A DNA stretch of 64,000 nt from positions 957,305-1,021,304 of the forward strand of contig CAWKGF010000002.1 of assembly GCA_963849135.1 (NCBI GenBank). Direction: 5' to 3'. This stretch comes from an uncultured Actinomycetes bacterium. GTDB taxonomy: Bacteria; Actinomycetota; Acidimicrobiia; IMCC26256; PALSA-555. Below the pieces are notes generated by a model. The model was given only the letters and a program-made list of their open reading frames with translations, had not been told where the DNA came from and searched no databases. Positions 56,810-64,000 of the stretch are shown piece by piece. Both the position numbers and the translations under genes were made by a program. The stretch's first letter is position 1, and every line of letters starts with the position of its first letter.

Positions 56810-57208
56810 TCAGGGGCGATCCAGCCGGTGGAGGATCTGGGTCGCCCACCCGACGTCGGGGGTCGGGGCGCGGCGAGCCGCGAGCGCCGGCGGTGCGTCG
56901 ATCTCGAGCCGTACCAGCGCGCCGCCGAGGGTCTTGCCGAGGTTGTCGGAGCGCAGCGAGCGGGGGCCGCCGCCGCCCAGCGCGTCGTGGAGCACGAAGT
57001 TGAGGGCGAGGACGTTCGGCACCTCGTAGCGCTCCACCGGGCCCTCGACGAACCAGCCGAAGTGCTCCCGGACCCGCTCCGCGGTCACCGCGTCCCGGAT
57101 CAGCTCGTAGACCTCCGGGTCGGCGGCGAAGAGCGCGACGTCGGAGACGTTGCCCTTGTCGCCGGCCCGGGAGCCGCAGCCGAGGTCGTGGAGCCGCACC
57201 CGGCTCAT
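56810..57208 (-). CDS. AtuA C-terminal-domain-like small protein (partner of the split DUF1446/AtuA protein)
   Basis: From ATG 57208, which overlaps the upstream stop (ATGA): MSRVRLHDLGCGSRAGDKGNVSDVALFAADPEVYELIRDAVT...ALNFVLHDALGGGGPRSLRSDNLGKTLGG. This resembles the C-terminal segment of long AtuA proteins. Confidence 0.65.
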   Translation of the reverse strand: MSRVRLHDLGCGSRAGDKGNVSDVALFAADPEVYELIRDAVTAERVREHFGWFVEGPVERYEVPNVLALNFVLHDALGGGGPRSLRSDNLGKTLGGALVRLEIDAPPALAARRAPTPDVGWATQILHRLDRP

Positions 57209-58567
57209 CCGACCTGCTCCACGGTGACGCGGACGTGCGGGTCGACGAGCGTCTTGTCGACGAGGGTCGGCCAGAGGCCGAGCAGCTCGCGGGCGCGGCG
57301 GCGCCGCGCTCGAGGCCGGCCAGCCCGGCCGGCGGGGCGGACAGGGTGAGGGGCACCATCTCCCGTCCGACCAGCGACGCGGTGCGGGCATCCGCGCAGC
57401 GCCACGCGGCGCGCAGCATCACCTCCGGCGGCTCCGCGGTGGCGGGCGGGACGGTGGGGCCGCCGAGCGCGTCGACGCCCCACAGCTCGAAGCACCACTC
57501 CTCGACGGCCAGCTCGGCCAGCTGGACCCGCTGCGCGAAGATCGCCGCCGTCGCGGTGGCCTTCTCCGCCGCGTCCGGCCACGAGAACCCGACCCGGGTC
57601 TCGGCCGACCAGCCGGCGTGGTGGCAGAGCAGCGCCTTGTAGGTGTCGGTCGCGGGCCGGCCCCGCACCCCGGTGACCCGCACCCGGTCGTCGCCCTCGT
57701 CGACGACCCGGGCCGAGCCGAAGTCGGCCACGACGTCGGGAGAGAGGTAGGCGGCGGGGTCGTGGACCTCGTAGAGCAGCTGGTGGCGGACGGTGTCGAA
57801 GTTGACCCGCCCGCCCGCGGTATCCGGCTTCGTGATCAGCGCCGTCCCGTCGGCCTCGACCTCCGCGATCGGGTACGGCAGGTCCCAGGGGTGGGGGACC
57901 GTCCACCAGTCGGTGCTCAGGTTCCCGCCTGCGCTCTGCCCCGAGCACTCGAGCAGGTGCCCGACCAGCGTCCCCGCGGCCAGCCGGTCCCAGTCGTCGA
58001 ACGACCAGCGGTGCTCGTAGACGAGCGGGGCGAGGAACAGCGCCGCGTCGGCGACCCGGCCCGTGACGACCACGTCCGCGCCCGCCTGCAGCGCCTCCAC
58101 GATCGGCGCGCGCCCAGGTACGCCGACGCGAACAGCGCCGGGCCGGGGAACGCCGAGAACGGCGCCCCCGACTCGAGGTGGCGCAGCTTCGTCGCGTCCC
58201 CGATCGCGTCGAGGCGTCCGGTCAGGTCGTCGCCGAGCACCGTCGCGACCCTGATCCCCGACAGGCCCAGCTCACGGGCGGTGTCGATGGCGGCCCGGGC
58301 CGCCACGGCCGGGTTGATGCCGCCCGCGTTCGTGATGACCTTCACCCGACCCGCGGCGACGCTCGGCAGGGCGGCCGTGAGGTAGGCGGGCAGGTCGCGG
58401 GTGAACCCGCGAGCCTCGTCGCGCTGGCGGTCCTTCTGGAGGATGGCGAGCGTCAGCTCGGCGAGCGCCTCCAAGCACAGGTAGTCGATCCCAGCGTCGA
58501 GGAGGCCGGTGACGGAGCGGGGCGTGTCGCCGTAGAAGCCTTGCCCCCCGGCGACCCGGACCCCCAC
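57205..58567 (-). pseudogene. DUF1446/AtuA-family protein (acyclic terpene utilisation AtuA-like), two frameshifts as sequenced
   Basis: MGVRVAGGQGFYGDTPRSVTGLLDAGIDYLCLEALAELTLAIL...ASAYLGAR | (P)IVEALQAGADVVVTGRVADAALF...LLECSGQSAGGN... | ...RELLGLWPTLVDKTLVDPHVRVTVEQVG*. Breaks are at 58105-58106 and ~57290-57305. Confidence 0.75.
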
Positions 58568-58568
58568 C

Positions 58569-60032
58569 TCAGGCGTGCACGACGGGGCGCCGGTCGGCCC
58601 ACGGGGCGGCCGCCTCCAGCTGCGACGCCAGCCGCACCAGCAGGTCCTCGCGGCCGTAGCCGGCGACCAGCTGCACCCCGATCGGCAGGTTCGACGACGC
58701 CTGCCAGGTGAGCGGCACCGACATGGCGGGCTGCCCGGTCACGTTGAACGGCGCCGTGTAGCAGGCGTACTCGGTCGCCCGGGCCATCCCCCGCCACGGG
58801 TCGTCGGGCGGGCCGACCAGGTCGCCGATCACCGGGGGCGGCGAGGCCAGCGTCGGGGTGAGCAGCAGGTCGAAGCCCTCCCCGCCCGCGTCGCGGGGCG
58901 TCCACCAGGAGGCCATCTTGCGGCTCCAGGCGTGCGACGAGTTGATGGCCTCCAGGTACTGGATCGCGCTGTTCTGCAGCCCCGCCTCGTAGTACGCCCA
59001 GGTGAGCGGCTCGACGTCGTCGGCGGTGACGTCCCGGCCGATGGCGCGGGCCACCTCCTGCACGTCGTGGACGACCCCGGTCGTGAGCACGGTCGTGAAG
59101 TCGGCCATCAGCGACACGTCGTCGAGCGCGGCAGGGGACGCGTCGACCACGTGGTGGCCGAGGGTGCGGAGCAGCGTCGCGGCCTCGTGGGCGGCGGCTT
59201 CGCACTCCGGGTCGGTGGGCGCCATCTCGGCCGGCGCGGTGGTCCGCAGCCCGATCCGAAGCGTTGCCGGCTCGACGCCCACCTCGGCTGCGAACGGCCG
59301 CGACGGTGGCGCCGCGAAGTACGGGTCGCCCGGCATCGGGCCGGCGTGCACGTCGAGGATCGCCGCGCTGTCCCGCACCGAGCGGGTCACGACGTGGCGG
59401 ACCACCATCCCCGACCAGGACTCGCCGGCGTCGGGGCCGAGCGACGTGCGACCCCGGGTCGGCTTCAGGCCGAACAGGCCGCAGGCGCTGGCCGGGATCC
59501 GGATCGAGCCGCCGCCGTCGCCGGCGTGCCCGGCCGGGACCATCCCCGACGCGACCGCGGCCGCCGACCCGCCGCTCGACCCGCCCGTGCCGTGCTCGGT
59601 GTTCCACGGGTTGCGGGTCGGCCCGTACGCCAACGGCTCGGTGGTCGGCATGAGCCCGAACTCGGGGGTGTTCGTCTTGCCGACGACGACGAACCCCGCG
59701 CCCCGCAGCCGCGCGACAAGCCACGTGTCGTGATCGCCGCGCCGCCCGTGCGTCTTCAGGGCCACGTTCCCGTAGTGGAGGGGATCGCCGGTCGAGACCG
59801 CGTCGAGGTCCTTCAAGACGATCGGGACGCCTCGGAACGGCCCGTCGGGCAGCGAGCCGCTCGCCTCCGCGCGCGCCTCGTCGAAGCGGGGATGGATCAC
59901 CGCGTTCAGCTGCCCGTTCACCTTCTCGACGCGGGTGATCGCGGCGTCGACGAGCTCCAGGGGTGACAGCTCCCCGCGGCGGACCAGGTCCGCCTGCGCG
60001 ACAGCGTCGAGGAACGCGAGGTCGTCGGTCAT
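58569..60032 (-). CDS. Amidase-signature family amidase
   Basis: 487-aa intact ORF: PIVLKDL...GKTNTPEFG...[14 protein letters not shown]...[11 protein letters not shown]. Confidence 0.9.
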   Translation of the reverse strand: MTDDLAFLDAVAQADLVRRGELSPLELVDAAITRVEKVNGQLNAVIHPRFDEARAEASGSLPDGPFRGVPIVLKDLDAVSTGDPLHYGNVALKTHGRRGDHDTWLVARLRGAGFVVVGKTNTPEFGLMPTTEPLAYGPTRNPWNTEHGTGGSSGGSAAAVASGMVPAGHAGDGGGSIRIPASACGLFGLKPTRGRTSLGPDAGESWSGMVVRHVVTRSVRDSAAILDVHAGPMPGDPYFAAPPSRPFAAEVGVEPATLRIGLRTTAPAEMAPTDPECEAAAHEAATLLRTLGHHVVDASPAALDDVSLMADFTTVLTTGVVHDVQEVARAIGRDVTADDVEPLTWAYYEAGLQNSAIQYLEAINSSHAWSRKMASWWTPRDAGGEGFDLLLTPTLASPPPVIGDLVGPPDDPWRGMARATEYACYTAPFNVTGQPAMSVPLTWQASSNLPIGVQLVAGYGREDLLVRLASQLEAAAPWADRRPVVHA

Positions 60033-60048
60033 GGCGGCAAGGTACCTC

Positions 60049-61071
60049 TCACCAGCCGCGCAGGTCGACCGGCCACGTCTCCACCACCGTGTCGCCCTCC
60101 ACGACGTGCATCCGCTCGTGGTACGCGACGGTCGGGTCGATATGGGCCGGCCACACCGCGATCCGGTCGCCGACCCTCGGGAGCCGCGCGCCGCCGTCCG
60201 CGCCCGGCTCGTCGTAGGAGAACGTCACGTGCTCGTCCGAGCAGAACCAGACCGTCGCGCCGTCGATGGTCGGGTTGCCGTGATCCATCCCGAGCGCCTT
60301 CAGCCCGCAGTCCGCGACCGCGTAGCCGGTCGGGTTGACCGAGATGACGGTCGCCGCGACCGACAGCGCCCGCCGGAACGGGAGCCCCAGCTCGCCGTAG
60401 GCGAGGTCCATGAGCGCGTACGAGCCGGCCTGGATCTCGGTGGCCAGCTCGTTAATGTCGTAGGTGCCGGTCCCGCCCGCCGAGACCAGCTCCCCGCCCA
60501 CCGCGTCGTGGGCCCGGGCCAGTTCGGCCATGCACACCGCGGTCTGGCGGACCCGTTCGGCCCGGTCCTCGAGGCCGACCACGTGCCCCTCGTACCCCAT
60601 GACGCCCCGCACCGCGAGACCCCGGCTCCGGGCTCGGTCGGCGAGGCGGCCCGCGTCGTCGGGTGAGCAGCCGCAGCGGGGCAGGCCCACGTTCACGTCG
60701 AGCACGCACTCCGGCAGCCCGGCCCGCGCGGCGGCGTCGATCGTGGCCTCCGAATCGACGGCGATCGTCACCCGCGCGTCGAGCCCCGCCACCGCGTCGA
60801 GCCGCTCGGGATCGACGACCTCGTTGGCGATCAGGAGATCCTCGCCGAGGCCCGCCGCGGCCATCCCGATCGCCTCCCGCGGGGTGGCGCAGGTGAACCC
60901 GACGTGTCCGTGCTCCCGTTGGCACAACGCCAGCGCGGTGGTCTTGTGGGCCTTGACGTGCGGCCGGCAGCGCGGGCCGGGCAGCGCGGCGGCCATCGTC
61001 GCCAGGTTGTGCTCGAGCGCGTCGGCGTCGACCACCAGCGCCGGGGTGCCGAGCTCGGACACGGTCGTCAT
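60049..61071 (-). CDS. PLP-dependent alanine-racemase-fold enzyme of the DSD1 / D-threonine aldolase / D-serine deaminase-like family
   Basis: From ATG 61071: MTTVSELGTPALVVDADALEHNLATMAAALPGPRCRPHVKAHKTTALA (RPH.K.HK PLP-lysine motif), with a C-terminal beta domain ...HVTFSYDEP...VWPAHIDPTV. Confidence 0.75.
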   Translation of the reverse strand: MTTVSELGTPALVVDADALEHNLATMAAALPGPRCRPHVKAHKTTALALCQREHGHVGFTCATPREAIGMAAAGLGEDLLIANEVVDPERLDAVAGLDARVTIAVDSEATIDAAARAGLPECVLDVNVGLPRCGCSPDDAGRLADRARSRGLAVRGVMGYEGHVVGLEDRAERVRQTAVCMAELARAHDAVGGELVSAGGTGTYDINELATEIQAGSYALMDLAYGELGLPFRRALSVAATVISVNPTGYAVADCGLKALGMDHGNPTIDGATVWFCSDEHVTFSYDEPGADGGARLPRVGDRIAVWPAHIDPTVAYHERMHVVEGDTVVETWPVDLRGW

Positions 61072-61131
61072 GCAGGCAGGAGCATGGCAGGTCGAGGTCA
61101 CGTCCGTTCGGGACCTGATCGCTGTGTCACG

Positions 61132-61512
61132 ATGCGGGGGATGGCAGTACCGGCAGAGCAGCGGCGGCCGAGCGACCGTGACTGGCACACCGACGAGCTG
61201 CCCGCGACCCCCCAGCGGGACTTCCTCATCCCAGCCGAACGCTGGGTCGAGGCCCCCGCCGAGCTCCGCGACCTCGGCGCCGACTTCGGCGTCCTGCTCG
61301 TGGCGTACAAGCGACGCATCGGCCGATTCCTGCTGTGGCGGGCCGGGCCCGCAGTCGGCGCCGACGCCCGCTACGGCGCGCTCGACTCCACCCACCCCCG
61401 CGACTCGTTCACGTTCCGGCTCTACCCCGACGGCACTGGCTCCGGCGTCGGCCCCGACGGCCGTGAGCACACCCGGTTCCGGTCCTGGAAGGAAGCGCTC
61501 CGCGACGCCTGA
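61132..61512 (+). CDS. Hypothetical protein
   Basis: The C-terminal ~125 codons of ORF 60904..61512 have protein-like composition (…DFLIPAERWVEAPAELRDLGADFGVLLVAYKRRIGRFLLW…FTFRLYPDGTG…). The start is ATG 61132 or 61141. It is divergent from the DSD1-like gene. Confidence 0.45.
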   Translation: MRGMAVPAEQRRPSDRDWHTDELPATPQRDFLIPAERWVEAPAELRDLGADFGVLLVAYKRRIGRFLLWRAGPAVGADARYGALDSTHPRDSFTFRLYPDGTGSGVGPDGREHTRFRSWKEALRDA

Positions 61513-61531
61513 GCGCGCCTGGTGACTCGCC

Positions 61532-62970
61532 TCAGCGGTCCTCGCGCACCACGTCGCCCGGGTCCTGGTCGTCGCGGACGCCGCGGAACCGCGGCGCGCG
61601 GAGCGACCCGGCGGTGGTCCACTCGTGGAACGCGACGGCGACCACCACGTCGGGCTCGACCCACACCGGGTCCTTCACCTTCGGGGGGTCAACGAACGGC
61701 GCCTCGTCGCGCCGGCGGCCCGCGAGCCGGTGCTCGAGGTCGGCTCGGGTCGTCTCGTTCAGCCCCGACCCGACGCGTCCCGCGTAGCGCAGCGGGCCGC
61801 CCGGCTCCTCGTGGTAGCCGACCAGCAGCGACCCGAGCCGGCCGCTCAGCTGGCCGTTGCCGTGCAGCCAGCCGCCGACCACGAAGCCCCTGCCCGGTGA
61901 CCACCTTCACCTTCCGCCACGCCTCCGACCGCTCCCCGGGGCGGTACGGGCTGTCGGCGCGCTTGGCGACCACCCCCTCGAGGCCCAGGTCCTCGGCGGC
62001 GTGCAGCACCGCGGCGCCGTCCCCGCGGCGGGTCGGGGGCGTCTGCCAGTGCGGGCCGGCCAGGGCCAGCCGCTCGAGGAGCGACCGGCGGTCCAGGTAG
62101 GTGAACGCGAGGGTCGAGTGCCCCTCGAGCCACAACACGTCGAAGAGCATCACCGCGACCGGGTGGGTGGCGGCGAGCCGGCGGGCCTTCGCCGGCGCGG
62201 TCGACGTGGATGCGGCCCTGCAGCAGCTCGAAGCGGGGGCGGCCGTGCTCGTCGAGGGCGACGATCTCCCCGTCGAGGATCGCCTCGGTCGTGCCCATCG
62301 CCTCGCCCAGCGCCCGCAGCTCCGGGAACCGGTCGGTGATGTCGGCCCCCCGCCGCGACGTGAGCCGCACCCGTCCCCCCTCGATTCGCAGCAGGGCCCG
62401 CATGCCGTCCCACTTCATCTCGAAGCACCAGCCGTCCTCGCTCGGGAGCGGGCCGGCCACGGCGAGCATCGGGGTGAGATCGGTCGGTATCTCGGCCCGG
62501 GTCGGGTCCTCGGGCGGGCTCATCCGGTGGATCATCCACTGGTCGCCGCCGGTGCGGAACAGCGCGTACTGGCCGCGGACCCGCTGCCCGTGGAAGGTGA
62601 CGATCACCTCGTCGTCGCGGAGCTTCTCAGGCTCGTAGGTACCGGAATCCCAGATCCGCATCGTCCCCGCCCCGTACTGGCCGGCCGGGATGTCAGCCTC
62701 GAAGTCCAGGTACTGCAGCGGGTGGTCCTCGGTGCGGACCGCGAGGTGGTTGGGCCGGTTCCGCATCGGGATCCCCTTCGGCACCGCCCACGACCACAGC
62801 ACCCCGTCGTGCTCGAGTCGCAGGTCCCAGTGCAGCGCCCGGGCGTGGTGCTCCTGGACCACGAACCGCAGCCGCGTCCCCTTCTCGGCCCGCCCGTCGG
62901 CCGGGCCCGGCTCGGGGGTCTGCTCGAAGTCGCGCTTCTCGCGGTACGACGCGAGCGGATCGGTCGGCAC
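61532..62970 (-). pseudogene. ligD: ATP-dependent DNA ligase LigD, phosphoesterase + ligase domains (no polymerase domain), two frameshifts as sequenced
   Basis: GTG 62970. PE domain YREKRDFEQTPEP...RFVVQEHHARALHWDLRLE...GTMRIWD. Ligase domain CFEMKWDGMRAL (KxDG)...LQGRIHV | ...AKARRLAATHPVAVMLFDVLWLEG...GVVAKRADSPYRPGERSEAWRKVKV | FVVGGWLHGNG...GSLLVGYHE (OB fold). Breaks are at ~62191-62199 and at the C4 run 61887-61890. Confidence 0.85.
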
Positions 62971-62990
62971 CGCTCGACCGTACCGCCGGG

Positions 62991-64000
62991 TCAGGAGGGG
63001 AGCGGGAGCCGGTGCCGCTGCGCCTTCCCGCCCGGCGTGCGCGGGATCTCGTCGACGACCACGACCTGGCGGGGCAGCTCGGGGGCGCGCAGCCGGGCCC
63101 GGGCGAAGTCGCGCAGCTCCGCGACGCTCGGCTCGGTGTGCGGCGCGGCGACGACCACGAACGCGACCACCCGCTCCCCCCACTCGTCGTCGGGCGCGCC
63201 GGCGACGCACACGTCCGCGACCGCTGGATGCGCGGCGAGGACGTGCTCCACCGCGCTGGGGCTCACGTTCACGCCCCCCGAGATGACCAGGTCCCGTCGG
63301 CGGTCCACCAGGACGAGGGAGCCGTCGTCGGCCCACGCGCCGACGTCGCCGGTGCGGAGCCAGCCGCGGTCGAGCGCGGCCGCGGTCGCGTCGTCGTCGA
63401 AGCGGTAGCCGCGCATCACCATCTCGCCCCGGATCCGGATCTCGTCGCCCGCGCCGAGCTCCACCGCCGCGCCCGGGACCGGCCGGCCGTCGAGCACGCA
63501 GCCGCCGCCGGTCTCGCTCAGCCCGTACGCGTCGACGACCCGCGCCCCGGCCCGCTCCGCCCGGTCGCGCAGGCGCGCGGGGAGCGGCGCGCCGCCGAGG
63601 ACCAGCCGCCGGTACTCGTGCAGCGGCGCGTCGGCGTCGAGGAGGCGGCGGAGCATGGTCGGCACCAGCGACACGACCGTCGCGCCGTCGCGCTCCGGGG
63701 CCGCGCCGACCGCGGCGAGGGCGAAGCCCTCGTGCACCGTGACGCGCTGCCCGCCCACCCGGGCCCGGGCCAGGATGGCCAGCCCGGCCACGTGGTGGAG
63801 GGGCAGGCACACCAGCCACCGGTCCTCGGGGGTCAGCTCGAGCGCGGCGTTGCAGCCCCGCCCGACCGCGGCGAGCCCGGCGTCGGTCAGCTCGACCGCC
63901 TTCGGGCGGCCGGTCGTCCCCGAGGTCAGCACCACCGCCCGCACGTCGTCGGGGGCGGGGACCCCGCCCGGCCAGGCCCGCCGGCCCGCCCGGTCGAGGA
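62991..64000 (-). CDS. AMP-dependent synthetase/ligase (MenE/acyl-CoA ligase-like), N-terminus beyond the right edge
   Basis: VVLTSGTTGRPKAVELT (AMP-binding P-loop), LPLHHVAGL, YGLSETGG, WLRTGDVG, PRTPGGKAQR. The frame stays open to position 64000 (...LDRAGRRAWPGGVPAPDDVRAVVL). Confidence 0.8.
   Translation of the reverse strand, partial: LDRAGRRAWPGGVPAPDDVRAVVLTSGTTGRPKAVELTDAGLAAVGRGCNAALELTPEDRWLVCLPLHHVAGLAILARARVGGQRVTVHEGFALAAVGAAPERDGATVVSLVPTMLRRLLDADAPLHEYRRLVLGGAPLPARLRDRAERAGARVVDAYGLSETGGGCVLDGRPVPGAAVELGAGDEIRIRGEMVMRGYRFDDDATAAALDRGWLRTGDVGAWADDGSLVLVDRRRDLVISGGVNVSPSAVEHVLAAHPAVADVCVAGAPDDEWGERVVAFVVVAAPHTEPSVAELRDFARARLRAPELPRQVVVVDEIPRTPGGKAQRHRLPLPS

Noticed and set aside
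55214-57003. C-terminal ~600 Arg/Pro-rich codons of ORF 54292..57003
   Set aside because: This is out-of-frame read-through after the frameshift at 55210. The true continuation (GAF-GGDEF-EAL) is in the ORF 54992..56770 frame.

Overview
High-GC chromosomal core region of an Actinomycetota genome. The gene order iscS-mnmA ... ligA ... gatCAB ... ilvD ... ilvBN-ilvC parallels Mycobacterium and Streptomyces. I annotate about 60 protein-coding loci and saw no rRNA, tRNA or CRISPR array. Left to right: metH (partial), dprE2-dprE1, pepA, a rhodanese-ThiF fusion, a Sir2 deacylase, a small GC-poorer islet (orf84, hicB-like, hicA-like, IS1595 transposase), a TM-PAS-GGDEF-EAL protein, meaB plus methylmalonyl-CoA mutase, iscS-mnmA, ligA, a MaoC dehydratase pair, a Zn-ADH, a PASTA Ser/Thr kinase next to a GT-C/methyltransferase envelope cluster, an SDR, an SCP2 protein, gatCAB, an aldolase-like plus BNR pair, ilvD, an OmpR/HK pair, Fpg/Nei, ilvB-ilvN-(beta-propeller)-ilvC behind a leader-peptide attenuator, plsY, a methyltransferase/GT2 cluster, a large GC-poorer secreted S8 protease with C-terminal repeats, a multi-PAS-GAF-GGDEF-EAL protein, a PLP-enzyme/amidase/split-AtuA operon, a PE-Lig type LigD and a partial AMP-ligase. 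Main caveat: about 25 single-base frameshifts interrupt well conserved, often essential genes (ligA three times, ilvB twice, gatB, dprE1 and others). The sequence as given therefore looks error-laden. I annotate these loci as single frameshifted genes (type pseudogene, meaning 'as sequenced'). I did not find a convincing wholly new multi-gene system. The most interesting items are the non-random context of the indels, the ilvB leader/attenuator with a beta-propeller gene inside the ilv operon, the atypical hicBA-like islet, the unusual S8 protease, and the uncharacterised DSD1-like/amidase/AtuA operon.
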